The notes under the pieces were generated by a model. It was not told the origin of the DNA and made no database searches. It was given only the letters and a program-made list of their open reading frames with translations. From Octopus bimaculoides (lineage: Eukaryota): a DNA stretch of 50,590 bases. The stretch's first letter is position 1; the number at the start of each line of letters is the position of its first letter. A program made the position numbers and the translations under genes. This document shows positions 35,552-48,489 of the stretch, one piece after another. Location: NCBI RefSeq assembly GCF_001194135.2, contig NC_068987.1:59735429-59786018 (forward strand). Direction: 5' to 3'.

Positions 35552-36356
35552 TTTCTTTTCAATTTGATGTCAATTCATTGAAATTTCATTACAAAGTACT
35601 TTTGCTCTATTCTTTCGTTTTTCTTCCCATTGTATACCTATCAACATGTTTGTAAATAAACACATTTCCTCACAAGGGTTAGTGACCTTTCAAGATGTCA
35701 ATTTTAGGAAGAAGTAGAATGGAAAAAATAAGAAAAGAGTTCAAAGTTCAAAGTCCTATGAAAATTTATATTTATTTCCGTTTGTATAGTAAGTACCATA
35801 TTCTGTGTAATTCCATGTTTTGCATGAACAAACATTAAATTTTAGTATAATATTCATAAATTAGGAAGATAAAGTCAGAATATAAAAGAAATAATTTGGT
35901 ACTGTTTCTAATTCAGTCTATATAAATATACATTTAATCAAACAAGTTTTGTATGTATACTGTATATCTAGCTGGGAGCCACTCTGTAGGATATAAGTTA
36001 TACAATAAAGCAGGGCCTGCTTAAATATATTTTTGAGTATCTTTCATCCTTTTGTAGGATTTCTTTTTCTTTTTCTTGCTTGCTTGGATAAGATAATTCA
36101 AAAGAGATTTTTTTTTCACAAATTACTTTGCCAATTAGATATATCAGATATCTTTCCTAATCAGTAATAAAATGGTTCTAGTATTCTTTCTCGGGTATTT
36201 GTAAGTTCTATAAGAACAACAGCTGTCAAAATCCCTGTGTTATATATGTATATATATNNNNNNNNNNNNNNNNNNNNNNNNNNNNNNNNNNNNNNNNNNN
36301 NNNNNNNNNNNNNNNNNNNNNNNNNNNNNNNNNNNNNNNNNNNNNNNNNNNNNNNN

Positions 36357-36391
<35 letters not shown>

Positions 36392-36544
36392 TCATTTATA
36401 GAGATGAGTATCACGTTATTAACATTGGAGCCACATTCAGTTGTAACTGTAATAGTATAATATAAATGTTTTCTCTTCATTCAGCATCATTACTGTTAAA
36501 AAATAATAATTAAAATGTATTTGCTCTTTTTCTCTTTCAAACAT

Positions 36545-38720
36545 TTAATTTTGGAAAGAAATTTTTGATGAAGCGTAGCTCTATTGCTTTTCGGAATTTT
36601 GGGTCATCTCTTGAATATTTGTAAAAAGGAAAGATTTTGAATTTTACTTCACTGCATATTTCTAGATGCTTGCTCAGTGGAATCTTGCGCAATTCCACTT
36701 GTCAGATGTGTTGTCTGTGGATTCTTATGCGTTGGTCGAGGGAATTGCTTGTTTCGCCAATGTAATTTTCCTTACAGTTGGACCAAGTAATGCAGTATAT
36801 GAGATTCTGCGTCTTGCAGTTCAGATCTGCATTTGCTTTGAAGGAGAATCCGCTCTTGCATTTTATGTGAGAACTACTTTCTAAGTATTTAAAGTTGTTG
36901 TTGCATGTTCCACATCTGCTATCTCCACATTTTTTTACGGAGTATCCTGATTAATTTTCTAATGTGAATTTTGCTCTTGTGAGGTGTTTTTCGAGATTTT
37001 ATGGTTGGAGTCTACTGTCTCGTAAGGAGTTTTTATCAATCAGATTTCTCATTTTGGAGCTTTGTAGAAGTATAGGTAGGTTTGATTTTACTGTGGGAAA
37101 GATGTTGGCTACCCCAGGATTGTGAATATTATTAAATGGAATCGTATGTTCATTAATTGTTTTCCTTTGGTGTCCTTAGTTGTGTGATGCTCAGCTTCAT
37201 CACCTTTTTAATTCCCTCGTTTACTAATTCTAAGGGGTATTTCTGCCTTGTTAGGAAGTCTTTGAGCTTGTTGAGTCGGATTTGACGTATTTTGGGATAA
37301 ATCATTATAGTACAGATACATTTTGCCATGGCAAGAGTAGAAATTCAAATATTGGTGTGTGTCCGTTTTTTTTTTGTAAAATATGTCTGTTGTGACTGTG
37401 GAGATGTGTATTTTCATGTGAATATTCAGGAATGGTAATTCAATGCAACTGGATTATGTCGCGAATTTGATCGATGGGTGAAGTGTTTTGAGGTTATCAT
37501 TAAATATTTGTAGGTCCTCATTTGATCTGTCCCAAAAGATGAAGCAGTCATCGAGGAAGCGTTTCCACTTTTTAATGACGTATTTCTAGCAATTCTGATT
37601 AAAAGCTCTCTCTACTGCCTCATAAAGCTTTTTTTCCAAGAATCCCATGACTAGTTTAGCAGATGAGGGTGCAATTTGCATTCCAAGTTGTATTATTATC
37701 GTCTCTAAAGGTGTTTTCTTTTAGTACCAGGCGTGTGGCCTTGGTGATGAAATCAGTTTTGGAGTCTTCGTGTATCCGTCCTCTATGTTTCTCTACCCAG
37801 TGTTTGACTGCTTCCAGGCCCAAAGTGTGAGGTATATTAGTATAAAGATTGGTGACATCAAAGCTTGTAAGTATAGTACCTGCTGGGGCAGTGGATGGAA
37901 TGTGCTAGAGGAAATCTATGCCGTCCTGTACATAGTTGGGTATTAATGAGCATAAAGGTTTTAGGAGTATGTCCAAGAAATGAATCAGGTATTGTGTTGG
38001 TGCTTGAGGTCCAACAACTGTTGGTCTCAGGTCAGTAGTATTTTTATGTATTGGTTCCTTTACTAATTTATGGCTTTCTGTATTTATGGGCTTTTGAGGA
38101 TTTGGGGTAATCCATAGAAATTGCTCCGTTTGATTACAGAATTGCATAGATAATCTTTCTCCTTGTCTGTGAAGTAATCTTTAATTAATGTTTTGATTTT
38201 ATCCATTATTGCTTTTTCCGGGTGTTTTGGTTCTTCCTTGTAGTAGGTTTTGTCTGCTACAATTTCCAATATTTTATCTTTATAGTAGTCTTTGTCCATG
38301 GTTACTATCGCCCCTCCCCCTTTATCGGCTTCTTTTAGGATGATTGAATGGTCACTCTTCAGTATTAGTAAGGCGTCCATTTCTTTGTCACGAAGGTTCT
38401 GTTTCTTTTTTAGGGTACTTAGGGAAAATTTCGAAATTGTGTCTATAGTTGTGTCTAAATGTTTATTACTCTCCTTGTAGGGGGTGAAGTGGGTTTATTT
38501 CTGACAATTGATTCGTTATTTATATCCTTATTGCCAAAGAATTCTATAATCCGGCGGTAGCAGTTAAAATGTTCAATATGAGCGCTTAGCACAATGAGAT
38601 TAGAGGTTAGTGTCGGGGTAAATTTGAAACCTTTCAGTAGGTGATTCATCTCGTTCTTGTTGAGGTTTCTATTGACAAATATAAATATTATTAAAAATAG
38701 TATTATTATCCAGCAAGTAT
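36545..38720 (-). mobile_element. Penelope-like element (RT plus GIY-YIG endonuclease), decayed
   Basis: KGFKFTPT, ILKEADKGGGAIV, DLRPTVVGPQAPT, LDVTNLYT, WKRFLDDCF, DIFYKKKTDTHQYLNFYSCH and NLIYCITWSNCKENYIGET...RIRIH. Confidence 0.93.
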
Positions 38721-39342
38721 AAAACACCATTAAAGGTAGAATTATAAATATAAAAGACATATATATATATATATATATATANNNNNNNNNNNNNNNNNNN
38801 NNNNNNNNNNNNNNNNNNNNNNNNNNNNNNNNNNNNNNNNNNNNNNNNNNNNNNNNNNNNNNNNNNNNNNNNNNNNNNNNNNNNNNNNNNNNNNNNNNNN
38901 NNNNNNNNNNNNNNNNNNNNNNNNNNNNNNNNNNNNNNNNNNNNNNNNNNNNNNNNNNNNNNNNNNNNNNNNNNNNNNNNNNNNNNNNNNNNNNNNNNNN
39001 NNNNNNNNNNNNNNNNNNNNNNNNNNNNNNNNNNNNNNNNNNNNNNNNNNNNNNNNNNNNNNNNNNNNNNNNNNNNNNNNNNNNNNNNNNNNNNNNNNNN
39101 NNNNNNNNNNNNNNNNNNNNNNNNNNNNNNGCTATATGAAAGGAGGATATTTAACAAAATATTGTAAGCACAAGAGTAGGAGAACGTCATGGACAAATTT
39201 CTACGGCATGATAGTTGCTTCTTCTGTCTCCATTTTGCACCTTTGCGTCCTTTTCCCTTCTATTTCTATATTCGCTCATTCTCTGCCCCAAGGGTACTTT
39301 CAGCGGGATTTTCGTTCACCCTATCACCATCTTCTTACTTAC

Positions 39343-39385
39343 CGCACACTTTTTGAATCTAAGAGTATAGCCAAGGTTCAAGTAC
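39343..39385 (-). CDS. Candidate 43-nt internal exon (unassigned)
   Basis: TTTCAG acceptor and GTAAGT donor; only one open frame, YLNLGYTLRFKKCA. No homology recognised. Confidence 0.2.
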
Positions 39386-40465
39386 CTGAAACTTTGTCGT
39401 CTTTCCCCTCACAAACACACGACCGCCCGCCCGCACGTACACACGCATGCGCGGACGCACACACACACACACACGTACGTACGTATGTGTACATGCATGT
39501 ATATTTGAGTGCAACATTTTACAGTGAATACTTTTACAGTCAACGTAGACTACAAGATACGAATTGAGTACCTCAATTCGTTAAAACCAACGAAATTCCA
39601 TAAATGATAACTATTAACTAAATGTATGCGAAAATACAATGCAGACATTCTACTCAAGCAACTGATGCCTATATTTCTATAAAACGGGGAAAATCAATAA
39701 TGCGATCACAGACAAAGAATCAGCTGGAACAAAAAGAGATAGTAGATGCTTTGAACAACTTCTAATTAACAAAACTTGTAACGGAAGTGAAACAACATCT
39801 AGGAACTGTGGAGGCAGCGGTAATTGTCTGCTAAGATAAAATATAAAAAATATATTATTATCTTAAACTACGATAAATGGATTCTATCAACAAACACAAA
39901 ACCTTACTCAAACAGGAAGAATGACAATAGTTGTCATTGAAAGACAAGAGTAAATCTCGGCCGACTATTTGGGAACTACGCAGAGAAAGAATGGAGATCA
40001 TATTCGATGTGATAAAATATCTGAAATATATCTTGCCAACAGATATCCTTTTCAGTTTCTTTTAGACATTTTTTCTATTAAGACAGATTATATATAATCT
40101 ATTATTCATGCTACTGAAATCTGAAGGATACGTGAGCGGCTTTAAGAACAGAAATTTAAAATGGATTATTATTGATTTAAATGGCAATGACTTTAAATTA
40201 TATTGCTAACATTACTGGTAACATTTTAATAAACCTCTTTTGGTTAATGCATAAAATATGACAACAAGATTAGCCAATATATATCTTCATTAAAGAAATT
40301 TACTCATTATACGCAAACACACATTTGGTAACAGGAACGTAACAGAGGGACGTAACAGAGGGACATAATAGCTAATATATTCGTCAATATATTACCGGAG
40401 TAATTTAGAAACAACGAAGCAATTACTGACATCGGAGGAATTACTGACATCAAAAGCAATTACTG

Positions 40466-40735
40466 ACATCGGGGGGATTTGAAATGAGATCATAAAGACG
40501 AAGGAAATAAGGCTAAGAATTTTGTCCGGAGTGCTAACAATTTTACAAGATGGCCGCCTTAAAATGTTCTACTTAATGATGGTTTCAAATTTTAGAATAA
40601 GGTCAATAATTTAAATAGAGGGGATAAGTTGATTACATCGACTCCAATGCTCAACTGGTACTTATTTTATCAATCCCTAGAAGATGAAAGGCAAAGTCAA
40701 CGTTGACGGAATTCAAACTCAGAACGTAAAGAGGT
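40466..40735 (-). mobile_element. Two diverged family B SINE pieces (40466-40562 and 40580-40735)
   Basis: GTGCTAACAATT...GCCGCCTT head and GATGAAAGGCAAAGTC central block on the reverse strand. Confidence 0.75.
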
Positions 40736-41039
40736 CAATAATATGTGTGTGTGTGTGTGTGTGTGTGTGTACGTGTGTATGTGTTTGTCTGTGTGTGTGT
40801 GTAGGTGCGCGTGCGCGTGGTTGTGGAGCGTATGAGGGACAACGTTTTCTTTTTTACATATGATACATTGAAGACATGACTTTTATTGAAGTACTTTAGT
40901 ATTTGCATATCAGAGGCAAATTTGGAAAATAAATTTCCTATATTCATCTTTATCAACGTTTCCTGTCTATCTCAGCAACATCTTTTCTCTAACTTGTGTT
41001 GAACACTTTTTGTAGTCGGATAAAATTCAATTCAAGAAA

Positions 41040-41440
41040 TGCTGCTCGAAGGTTAGGGTAGGGAAAAAATAAACAGAGAACTTCATACGAAGAATTAGAG
41101 TATGTGAATATTTCTTCGATATGCGAAAGTAGAACAAAATAAACTCAAAATAAGGGTCCAAATTCAGAAAAAAATCCTCCAGCTATCAAAATCTTGGAGT
41201 AGCTTGAAGCAGATCTCTTCAATTTAAAAAGAAGAATTAAACCCAGGAAGGTTGACAGCAATTTCCAGAGTACCTTAAAGAAAAATTTCGATTTTTAATG
41301 AAATTCAAGAGAACTCTTTCTTTTTTTCCACACCTGAGAAGAAGAAAAAACTATAGTTTTGAGAAGGAGCCATTTAATAGGATTATTTCAAATAATAATA
41401 CTAACACATGCAAAAATCGAGAGCTAACATATTTGAAAGC
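41040..41440 (+). mobile_element. Highly decayed Penelope-like N-terminal fragment
   Basis: NPPAIKILE*LEADLFNLKRRIKPRKVDSNFQSTLK...FNRIISNNNTNTCK resembles the pre-RT region of some PLE ORFs. Confidence 0.45.
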
Positions 41441-41597
41441 TAAGAAAATAACCATAGATTTCGATTGAATCCCCCACATATATATTGTATTATTCTTACT
41501 TATAAAATTAATTTAAAAAATAAGCCTAAATGTAGACATATTAATTCTGCATAAACAGAATTAGGAATAGCAAATATAGTTTAGATTCTATTATACA

Positions 41598-41755
41598 CTA
41601 GCAATGCACCTCGGCGTTGTCGGGGTGTTATGAGTTACAGCCACATTGTAATATTTGTTCCTTTTTTATGGGTGGAATCGGCACACGAGGAGTATGAAGC
41701 AAGCAAGTCTTTTTTATAAACATGTTTTTCGGTCATTTTCTGAGGAACAACGCTG
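41598..41755 (-). mobile_element. Helitron 3' terminus remnant
   Basis: A followed by CTAG at 41598-41601 and a 9-bp GC-rich hairpin CACCTCGGC/GTCGGGGTG at 41607-41627. The 5' end was not found. Confidence 0.65.
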
Positions 41756-41900
41756 CAGTTTCCGTCTACCAAATTTAGTTACAAATCTGTAGTTGGCCCA
41801 GGGCTATGGTAGAAAACACTTGCCCAAAGTACCATGCAGAGGGACTGAACGTGGAACCATGTGATTGGGAAGCAAACTTCTCAACCACATAGTCATTCTT
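41756..41900 (-). mobile_element. SINE family A head and CORE-like block
   Basis: CAGTTTCCGTCTACCAAAT...ACACTTGCCCAAAGTACCATGCAG...AACCACATAGTCA. Confidence 0.85.
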
Positions 41901-42789
41901 TTACCTAATATATGTGTGTATGGGTGTGTGTTTACATTTGTTGTTAAATCGAGTATTGTGTCCCATTATGTTTCAAATTTAATAGTTGATCAAACAGATA
42001 TCTATGAAATAAATGCCAAATTGAAATACGTACTGAGGTCAGTATGATGAATTAAATTTTCGAAGGTGATACCCCATTATAGCGACAGTCGAATGACTAA
42101 ACCCAGTAAAATAATGTTTAAAGACTTAATGGCTTAATGTGTATGTATATATATATATATATATNNNNNNNNNNNNNNNNNNNNNNNNNNNNNNNNNNNN
42201 NNNNNNNNNNNNNNNNNNNNNNNNNNNNNNNNNNNNNNNNNNNNNNNNNNNNNNNNNNNNNNNNNNNNNNNNNNNNNNNNNNNNNNNNNNNNNNNNNNNN
42301 NNNNNNNNNNNNNNNNNNNNNNNNNNNNNNNNNNNNNNNNNNNNNNNNNNNNNNNNNNNNNNNNNNNNNNNNNNNNNNNNNNNNNNNNNNNNNNNNNNNN
42401 NNNNNNNNNNNNNNNNNNNNNNNNNNNNNNNNNNNNNNNNNNNNNNNNNNNNNNNNNNNNNNNNNNNNNNNNNNNNNNNNNNNNNNNNNNNNNNNNNNNN
42501 NNNNNNNNNNNNNNNNNNNNNNNNNNNNNNNNNNNNNNNNNNNNNNNNNNNNNNNNNNNNNNNNNNNNNNNNNNNNNNNNNNNNNNNNNNNNNNNNNNNN
42601 NNNNNNNNNNNNNNNNNNNNNNNNNNNNNNNNNNNNNNNNNNNNNNNNNNNNNNNNNNNNNNNNNNNNNNNNNNNNNNNNNNNNNNNNNNNNNNNNNNNN
42701 NNNNNNNNNNNNNNNNNNNNNNNNNNNNNNNNNNNNNNNNNNNNNNNNNNNNNNNNNNNNNNNNNNNNNNNNNNNNNNNNNNNNNNNNN

Positions 42790-42826
<37 letters not shown>

Positions 42827-43076
42827 ATGTGCGCGCGTGTGTGTATGACTATTATTATACATTATAACGTCTATAAAGACCTATGTCGACATAGAACAAC
42901 GATTCATGAATTTCACAAATGAATTTTATGTATAACAGTCATAATAATTTACGACTTGTGTTTGCGTCTGAATTACTTACCGCGCCTCTGAAGATTTCTC
43001 TACTTCGTATGGGTTCGCTTCAATTCATAATAGTATGTGTTATTTTATGTCACCCGATGAAACTGCTTTACTATAG

Positions 43077-43139
43077 ATAAGACATTTAAACGACTCCAAT
43101 TTTAGCACAGTCGCCTACTCTCCTGCCGAAGAAACCAAT
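43077..43139 (+). CDS. Candidate 63-nt symmetric exon (unassigned)
   Basis: TTTACTATAG acceptor and GTGAGT donor; phase 0-0 open frame IRHLNDSNFSTVAYSPAEETN. No homology recognised. Confidence 0.2.
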
Positions 43140-44224
43140 GTGAGTGTGTTCATTTACGATCTCCCAACTTGCCGAAACGTGGTTACATCTATGGCAGCAC
43201 GTATATTAATTATTAATATTTACTGACTTAATTTACAGTCCATTCCGTAGATACACATATATATATATATACGAACATATATACCAACATACATGCATAC
43301 ATATCTACATATACTCATGCATGTATGTATGCATGTATGTATGTATGTAAGCATGAGTGTATGCATGTGTGCGTGAGTGTGCATTAGTTATATGACAAAA
43401 CGTGACAGAAAATGTGATTATGTGCATCTGTAATTACAAATGGTAGGAATAGGTATAAACACTTGGCAAACGGAGCAAATGAAAATGAAAAGATATAAAA
43501 AAAGAAACGTGAATTAACTCTTCTTCAGCTGTCTTACTAAAGATTTCGGAAATTTTGACGCCTTAGACAGAAACGCTTAATGAGCACTTGATAGGGTTGT
43601 TAGGAAAATGAATCAGCGGGCAGGAAACATAAAAGACAGGAAAAGCATTATCTAAGCGTTAGTGTCTGGGATAGAGAAAACAAGAGAATGAATGAATTTA
43701 TGGTTTAGACAAGTAAGTATGACAGAAAACAAACTCACACACCAGGGCTGTCTTAGCAGTATCGAAACCCCAGGCAAATCAGTGCACTGGGCATAAAAGT
43801 ATTTATTTATTGACAGCAAACCACAATGTACATAGATCAGAATTGATCCCCTGTACTCGTGAGTCTCCTGGGAAACTACCTAGTATGCCCACACCATAAG
43901 ACAGCATTGTCTCACACACAAACACACATACACACAACAGTGTAACCATTACATCAATTTAAATGCAGATCAAAAAAATTAAATCAAAACAGATGTACAC
44001 ATTAGTATTAATTTTACCTAAAATCGCCAAGAAATTAAGGGGATAGACAAAGAACATGGTGCCTTCATTTCAGCTTAGAAGCTACTAAGGTATCATGAAG
44101 AATGACTTGTTATAGATTTTGCTTGTCACTGTTTTATGGGGTCAGTTTTAATTTATAGACTAGTTTTATCAAATCCTTGTATATCTAAGGCCGAGAGAAC
44201 ATAGCGTATACTGACTAATATATG

Positions 44225-44258
<34 letters not shown>

Positions 44259-44428
44259 TCTCTTTTACTCTTTTACTTGTTTCATTTAATTTGACTGCGG
44301 CCATGCTGGAGCACCGCCTTTAGTCGAACAAATCGACCGCAGGATTTATTCTTTGTAATCCTAGTACTTATTCTATCGATCTCTTTTGCCGAACCGCTAA
44401 GTTACGGGGACGTAAACACACCACCATC
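44259..44428 (-). mobile_element. SINE family A 3' half, little diverged; head lies in the N-gap
   Basis: Close reverse complement of 3900-4073. Confidence 0.9.
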
Positions 44429-45013
44429 NNNNNNNNNNNNNNNNNNNNNNNNNNNNNNNNNNNNNNNNNNNNNNNNNNNNNNNNNNNNNNNNNNNNNNNN
44501 NNNNNNNNNNNNNNNNNNNNNNNNNNNNNNNNNNNNNNNNNNNNNNNNNNNNNNNNNNNNNNNNNNNNNNNNNNNNNNNNNNNNNNNNNNNNNNNNNNNN
44601 NNNNNNNNNNNNNNNNNNNNNNNNNNNNNNNNNNNNNNNNNNNNNNNNNNNNNNNNNNNNNNNNNNNNNNNNNNNNNNNNNNNNNNNNNNNNNNNNNNNN
44701 NNNNNNNNNNNNNNNNNNNNNNNNNNNNNNNNNNNNNNNNNNNNNNNNNNNNNNNNNNNNNNNNNNNNNNNNNNNNNNNNNNNNNNNNNNNNNNNNNNNN
44801 NNNNNNNNNNNNNNNNNNNNNNNNNNNNNNNNNNNNNNNNNNNNNNNNNNNNNNNNNNNNNNNNNNNNNNNNNNNNNNNNNNNNNNNNNNNNNNNNNNNN
44901 NNNNNNNNNNNNNNNNNNNNNNNNNNNNNNNNNNNNNNNNNNNNNNNNNNNNNNNNNNNNNNNNNNNNNNNNNNNNNNNNNNNNNNNNNNNNNNNNNNNN
45001 NNNNNNNNNNNNN

Positions 45014-45060
<47 letters not shown>

Positions 45061-45119
45061 CATACATACTTGCATACATATACACTACATACATATACCA
45101 TACAGAGAGCGTCACTTAC

Positions 45120-45141
45120 ATTATTATGCGATTCATCGTAT
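45120..45141 (-). CDS. Candidate 22-nt micro-exon
   Basis: TTTTTTGTAG acceptor and GTAAGT donor around ATACGATGAATCGCATAATAAT. Confidence 0.25.
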
Positions 45142-46047
45142 CTACAAAAAAATTCAGTTTGACAAAATTTGATTTTAGAGCAGTGAGGAATTAGCATAAG
45201 TGATAAAGAATTAGTTGAAGTATTTCTTTTATCCAATTTCACTGTTAACTTTGCTTTCTATTTTGCTTAGAGTTATATTTTTCTCTCGTTATGCTTTAAT
45301 TATAAGTCATAAATACGAGCACATTTTTATAGAAACTTCATAGGCAGAAAACGGATTTTTCTGATTAGTTCTACTCCAATTAGAATTTCATCAATTCATC
45401 ACAGAACACCTATCCTACTTCCTTGTTCATAGAGAGATAAACAGACTAGGTATCAGCGGAAGGATAATTCACTTTGTATAATAGTACACTCGTTAGTAAT
45501 GAGGTTTGATTTAATTAATTCATGAACTGCACAGCGTATACTGACTAATCTAAAATGTTTAATATAGCTAAACCTACAATTTTTGTTTTAGTGTAGAAGT
45601 CATTTGTTTACATTTCGTTTAATTAAACCATTTCCGTAGAAAGTAACTCAGAATATTCCTTATGTGATGAATTTCCTTCAGAAATGATATTATTAAAATT
45701 CTTTTCTGGTCACGAAATAAGATAAAGCAAAAATATTTTTACATTTGGAAGAGACGTTTTTGAGTAAATAAAAAAAGAAAAATGAATGAATACCTACCTT
45801 AAAATTTCACATTAACCAGTATACACTGTGTTGGACATAAAATAGTTAATTAACAACGTTGCCAACGAATACTCAGTTATATAAATTAGACTAGACATTT
45901 CAGGTTGGTCATGATTTGTAGTTGATATAAATAGCAATTAGTGTTTAATACTATGCGAATTTCCAAGTTGAGATGGAACTGCTCACTACAATCCTTTTAT
46001 TTTACTGACCACGGAGGCATATAAAAATATATTTATAGTGGCTTACA

Positions 46048-46476
46048 TTTGGCTGTGTGGTAAGAATTTTGTTTCCCAACCACATGGTCCTCGGTTCAGT
46101 CACACTGCGTGGCACCTTCGCCAAGTCTTCTGCTATAATCTTGGGCCGACCAAAGCCTTGTGAATGGACTTGGTTGACGGAAAATGAAAGATTCCCGTCT
46201 TATGCACACATACACACACACATGTGTGTGTTTGTGTGTGTGTGTGTGTGTGTGCGTGCATGTGTATATGTATGTCTTTGTGCTTGTGTTTGTCTCCCGC
46301 TACCGCTTGATAACTGATGTTGGTGTCTTTACGTTCCTAAAACCTAGTTTTTCGGCAAAAGAGTAAGTACTAGGCTTAAGATATAAGTACTAGGGTTGAT
46401 TCTTCCAACTGAAATTCTTCAAGGCGGTGTCCCAGCATAGCTACAGGTTAATAATGACGGAAACATATAAGAGATA
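46048..46476 (+). mobile_element. SINE family A, near full length, diverged
   Basis: TGGCTGTGTGG A box, GGTTCAGTCAC B box, internal CA/TG tract and 3' module. Confidence 0.88.
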
Positions 46477-46662
46477 ATATCAGCAATTTCAATTTAATTT
46501 AAATTTTAACTTTTAAGTAAAATTTTAGACGTGCCACATATAAAAAAAATATAGACTATACAAAATACGCAGGTTTCGTCATAAAATAATATTTGAAACA
46601 TTTGTTCAAGGGTTTGAAATTATCTAAACTTCTCTGCATCCTAGTATTTAAAACCAACATGA

Positions 46663-46875
46663 GAATTTGAGCAGGCAGAATCGTTAGCACGCCTGGCGAA
46701 ATGTTTAGCGGAATATCGTCCGTCTTCACGTTCTACATTCAAATTCCACCAATGTCGAATTTGCCTTTCATCTTTTCGGGGCCCATAAACTAAGTACCTA
46801 TTGAGCATTGGGGTCGATGCAATCGACTAACCACTCCCCCGAAATTGCTGGTCTTGTAACAAAATTTGAAATCAA
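46663..46875 (+). mobile_element. SINE family B (tail type 3)
   Basis: Complete structure; 14-bp TSD with one mismatch: TATTTAAAACCAAC 46645-46658 and TATTTAAAACGAAC 46876-46889. Confidence 0.88.
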
Positions 46876-47569
46876 TATTTAAAACGAACTAAGAGTTCCT
46901 GTTTTTGCATTCATTCAAACTCATCCCAACTCTACTCGAGCAGATTTATAATCAAACCATGAGCATCCTTATTGTTTAAATTGGTATGGTGTATCTAAGA
47001 TTACGTTATCCCATGTTCTTTCTTCACTTAATTGGTATGATGCAATTTGAGGCAAATGTATCTTTTGATTCTATCCAGTCATGTTATTTAGCTATCAGTT
47101 AAAGTGTGTAAAAATGTATTACAATATTTTGTCGTGTTCTGGTTGAATTAAGAAGAATTGTCTAATATCGTAATGCAATTAAGCAAACATAATTATTGTT
47201 TCTACAATTAATAAATGTAATTTACTCTCTATACATAAGTCACGTTTGTTTAAAGAGATACCGAAGAATATATTCCATCTTGCAAATATAATTTGCAATA
47301 TGAATATATCTTATACTTGCGTTTAAGATTATTATATCCAAATAGTGTATCATTATTCCTTTGTGAATATTTATGATAACTCAATCAGTATAATTAAATA
47401 TTGCGTTTAAAAATGAGTTTAGAAAAATGGAGAAGGGGTGTAATCAAATAACAATATACAGGAACATCATCACTACATATACACTCATCCACCTACACAT
47501 ATATACGCACATATGCGCACACCACATCATGTATGTAGTGGATGTGGGACAAGAAAACAAACTAAGTGC

Positions 47570-48250
47570 TCGAGTAAGGTGTCAGTTTAGGTAGAGATGA
47601 GGTATCTTGGCAGTTACAGACAAATACGTCGGCGTAACCAGTGTTCTCGAGTTTATGGGTTTTGGAGAGGAAGAATATGGTGGAGTTACGGATGTTCAGA
47701 CGATGATGTTTGAGACTATAGATATAGAAGAGGTGAAATGATTGAACAGATGGTGGAGGAGACGCGTTGTTAGTTGTAGGGGTTGTAGCTAAAAAGCAGG
47801 GAATAATAGAAAATAACATTCCGAGATGCCGCAGGGCTTCAAACCTACAGAAATTCACCCGCCAACCCATAACGATGTCACATTGTCTGTTGGTTTGATG
47901 ACATCATCAGAGTGTCGAAGGGAGAAAAGAGCATAGAATTCAGAGTGGAAGATGCTTATGCATCTGGACGCTCCTGGAAGTCAAAGCATCATACTGCATG
48001 ATATCAGGCATCGATAAATAAGTTCAGGATTCTGACTAGGCTGAGCTCACTGTCCGGTGCGTTAGACAGCGGCCCAAATCTGCAAAACAATCGGGAGCAT
48101 CCGTGCAAGAAATATGCCACTAAAAGAGTCTACAGTATTATGCTGCACAAAACCTCGATCTCATCGTGGGTCTGAAACTCAACGAAGATGACAGAGAAAC
48201 TCCAGCTAGCACAAATTGTGAGCTGAATACGAAGTAACAACTTAGCACTT
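47570..48250 (+). mobile_element. Possible decayed LINE AP-endonuclease remnant
   Basis: GC-richer island with ILAVTD, DGGGDALLV and HHQSV fragments in APE motif order. Weak. Confidence 0.35.
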
Positions 48251-48489
48251 TATTTACATGCTTGTTTGTTTGAAACTTAAAAATAATAAATTTTCACTAT
48301 TACACCAGAATAACTCTCTCCACTATCCCTTCTTCCCAACCCTTTCCACCTTAGAAGCATAATTTCCTCTTCTCCTCTGTGGCCTCTTTCTGCACTACAG
48401 CTTTTGTCTACCTACACCACGCTTAATTTTCATTCACATTATTCCACCTACCAAAGGCACAATACACGGCCAGAAAGAACAACGTGAAC

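Noticed and set aside
2287-45242. Long ORFs containing X runs (for example 5193-5993, 8979-10232, 42118-42922, 44368-45242)
   Set aside because: Artefacts of translating through N-gaps. Only the Tc1 portion at 9963-10232 is real.
2899-46366. ORFs rich in HT, CV, YI, MYVC, LS, ER or poly-N/I
   Set aside because: Translations of CA, TA, CATA, GA, TATC and AAT microsatellites.
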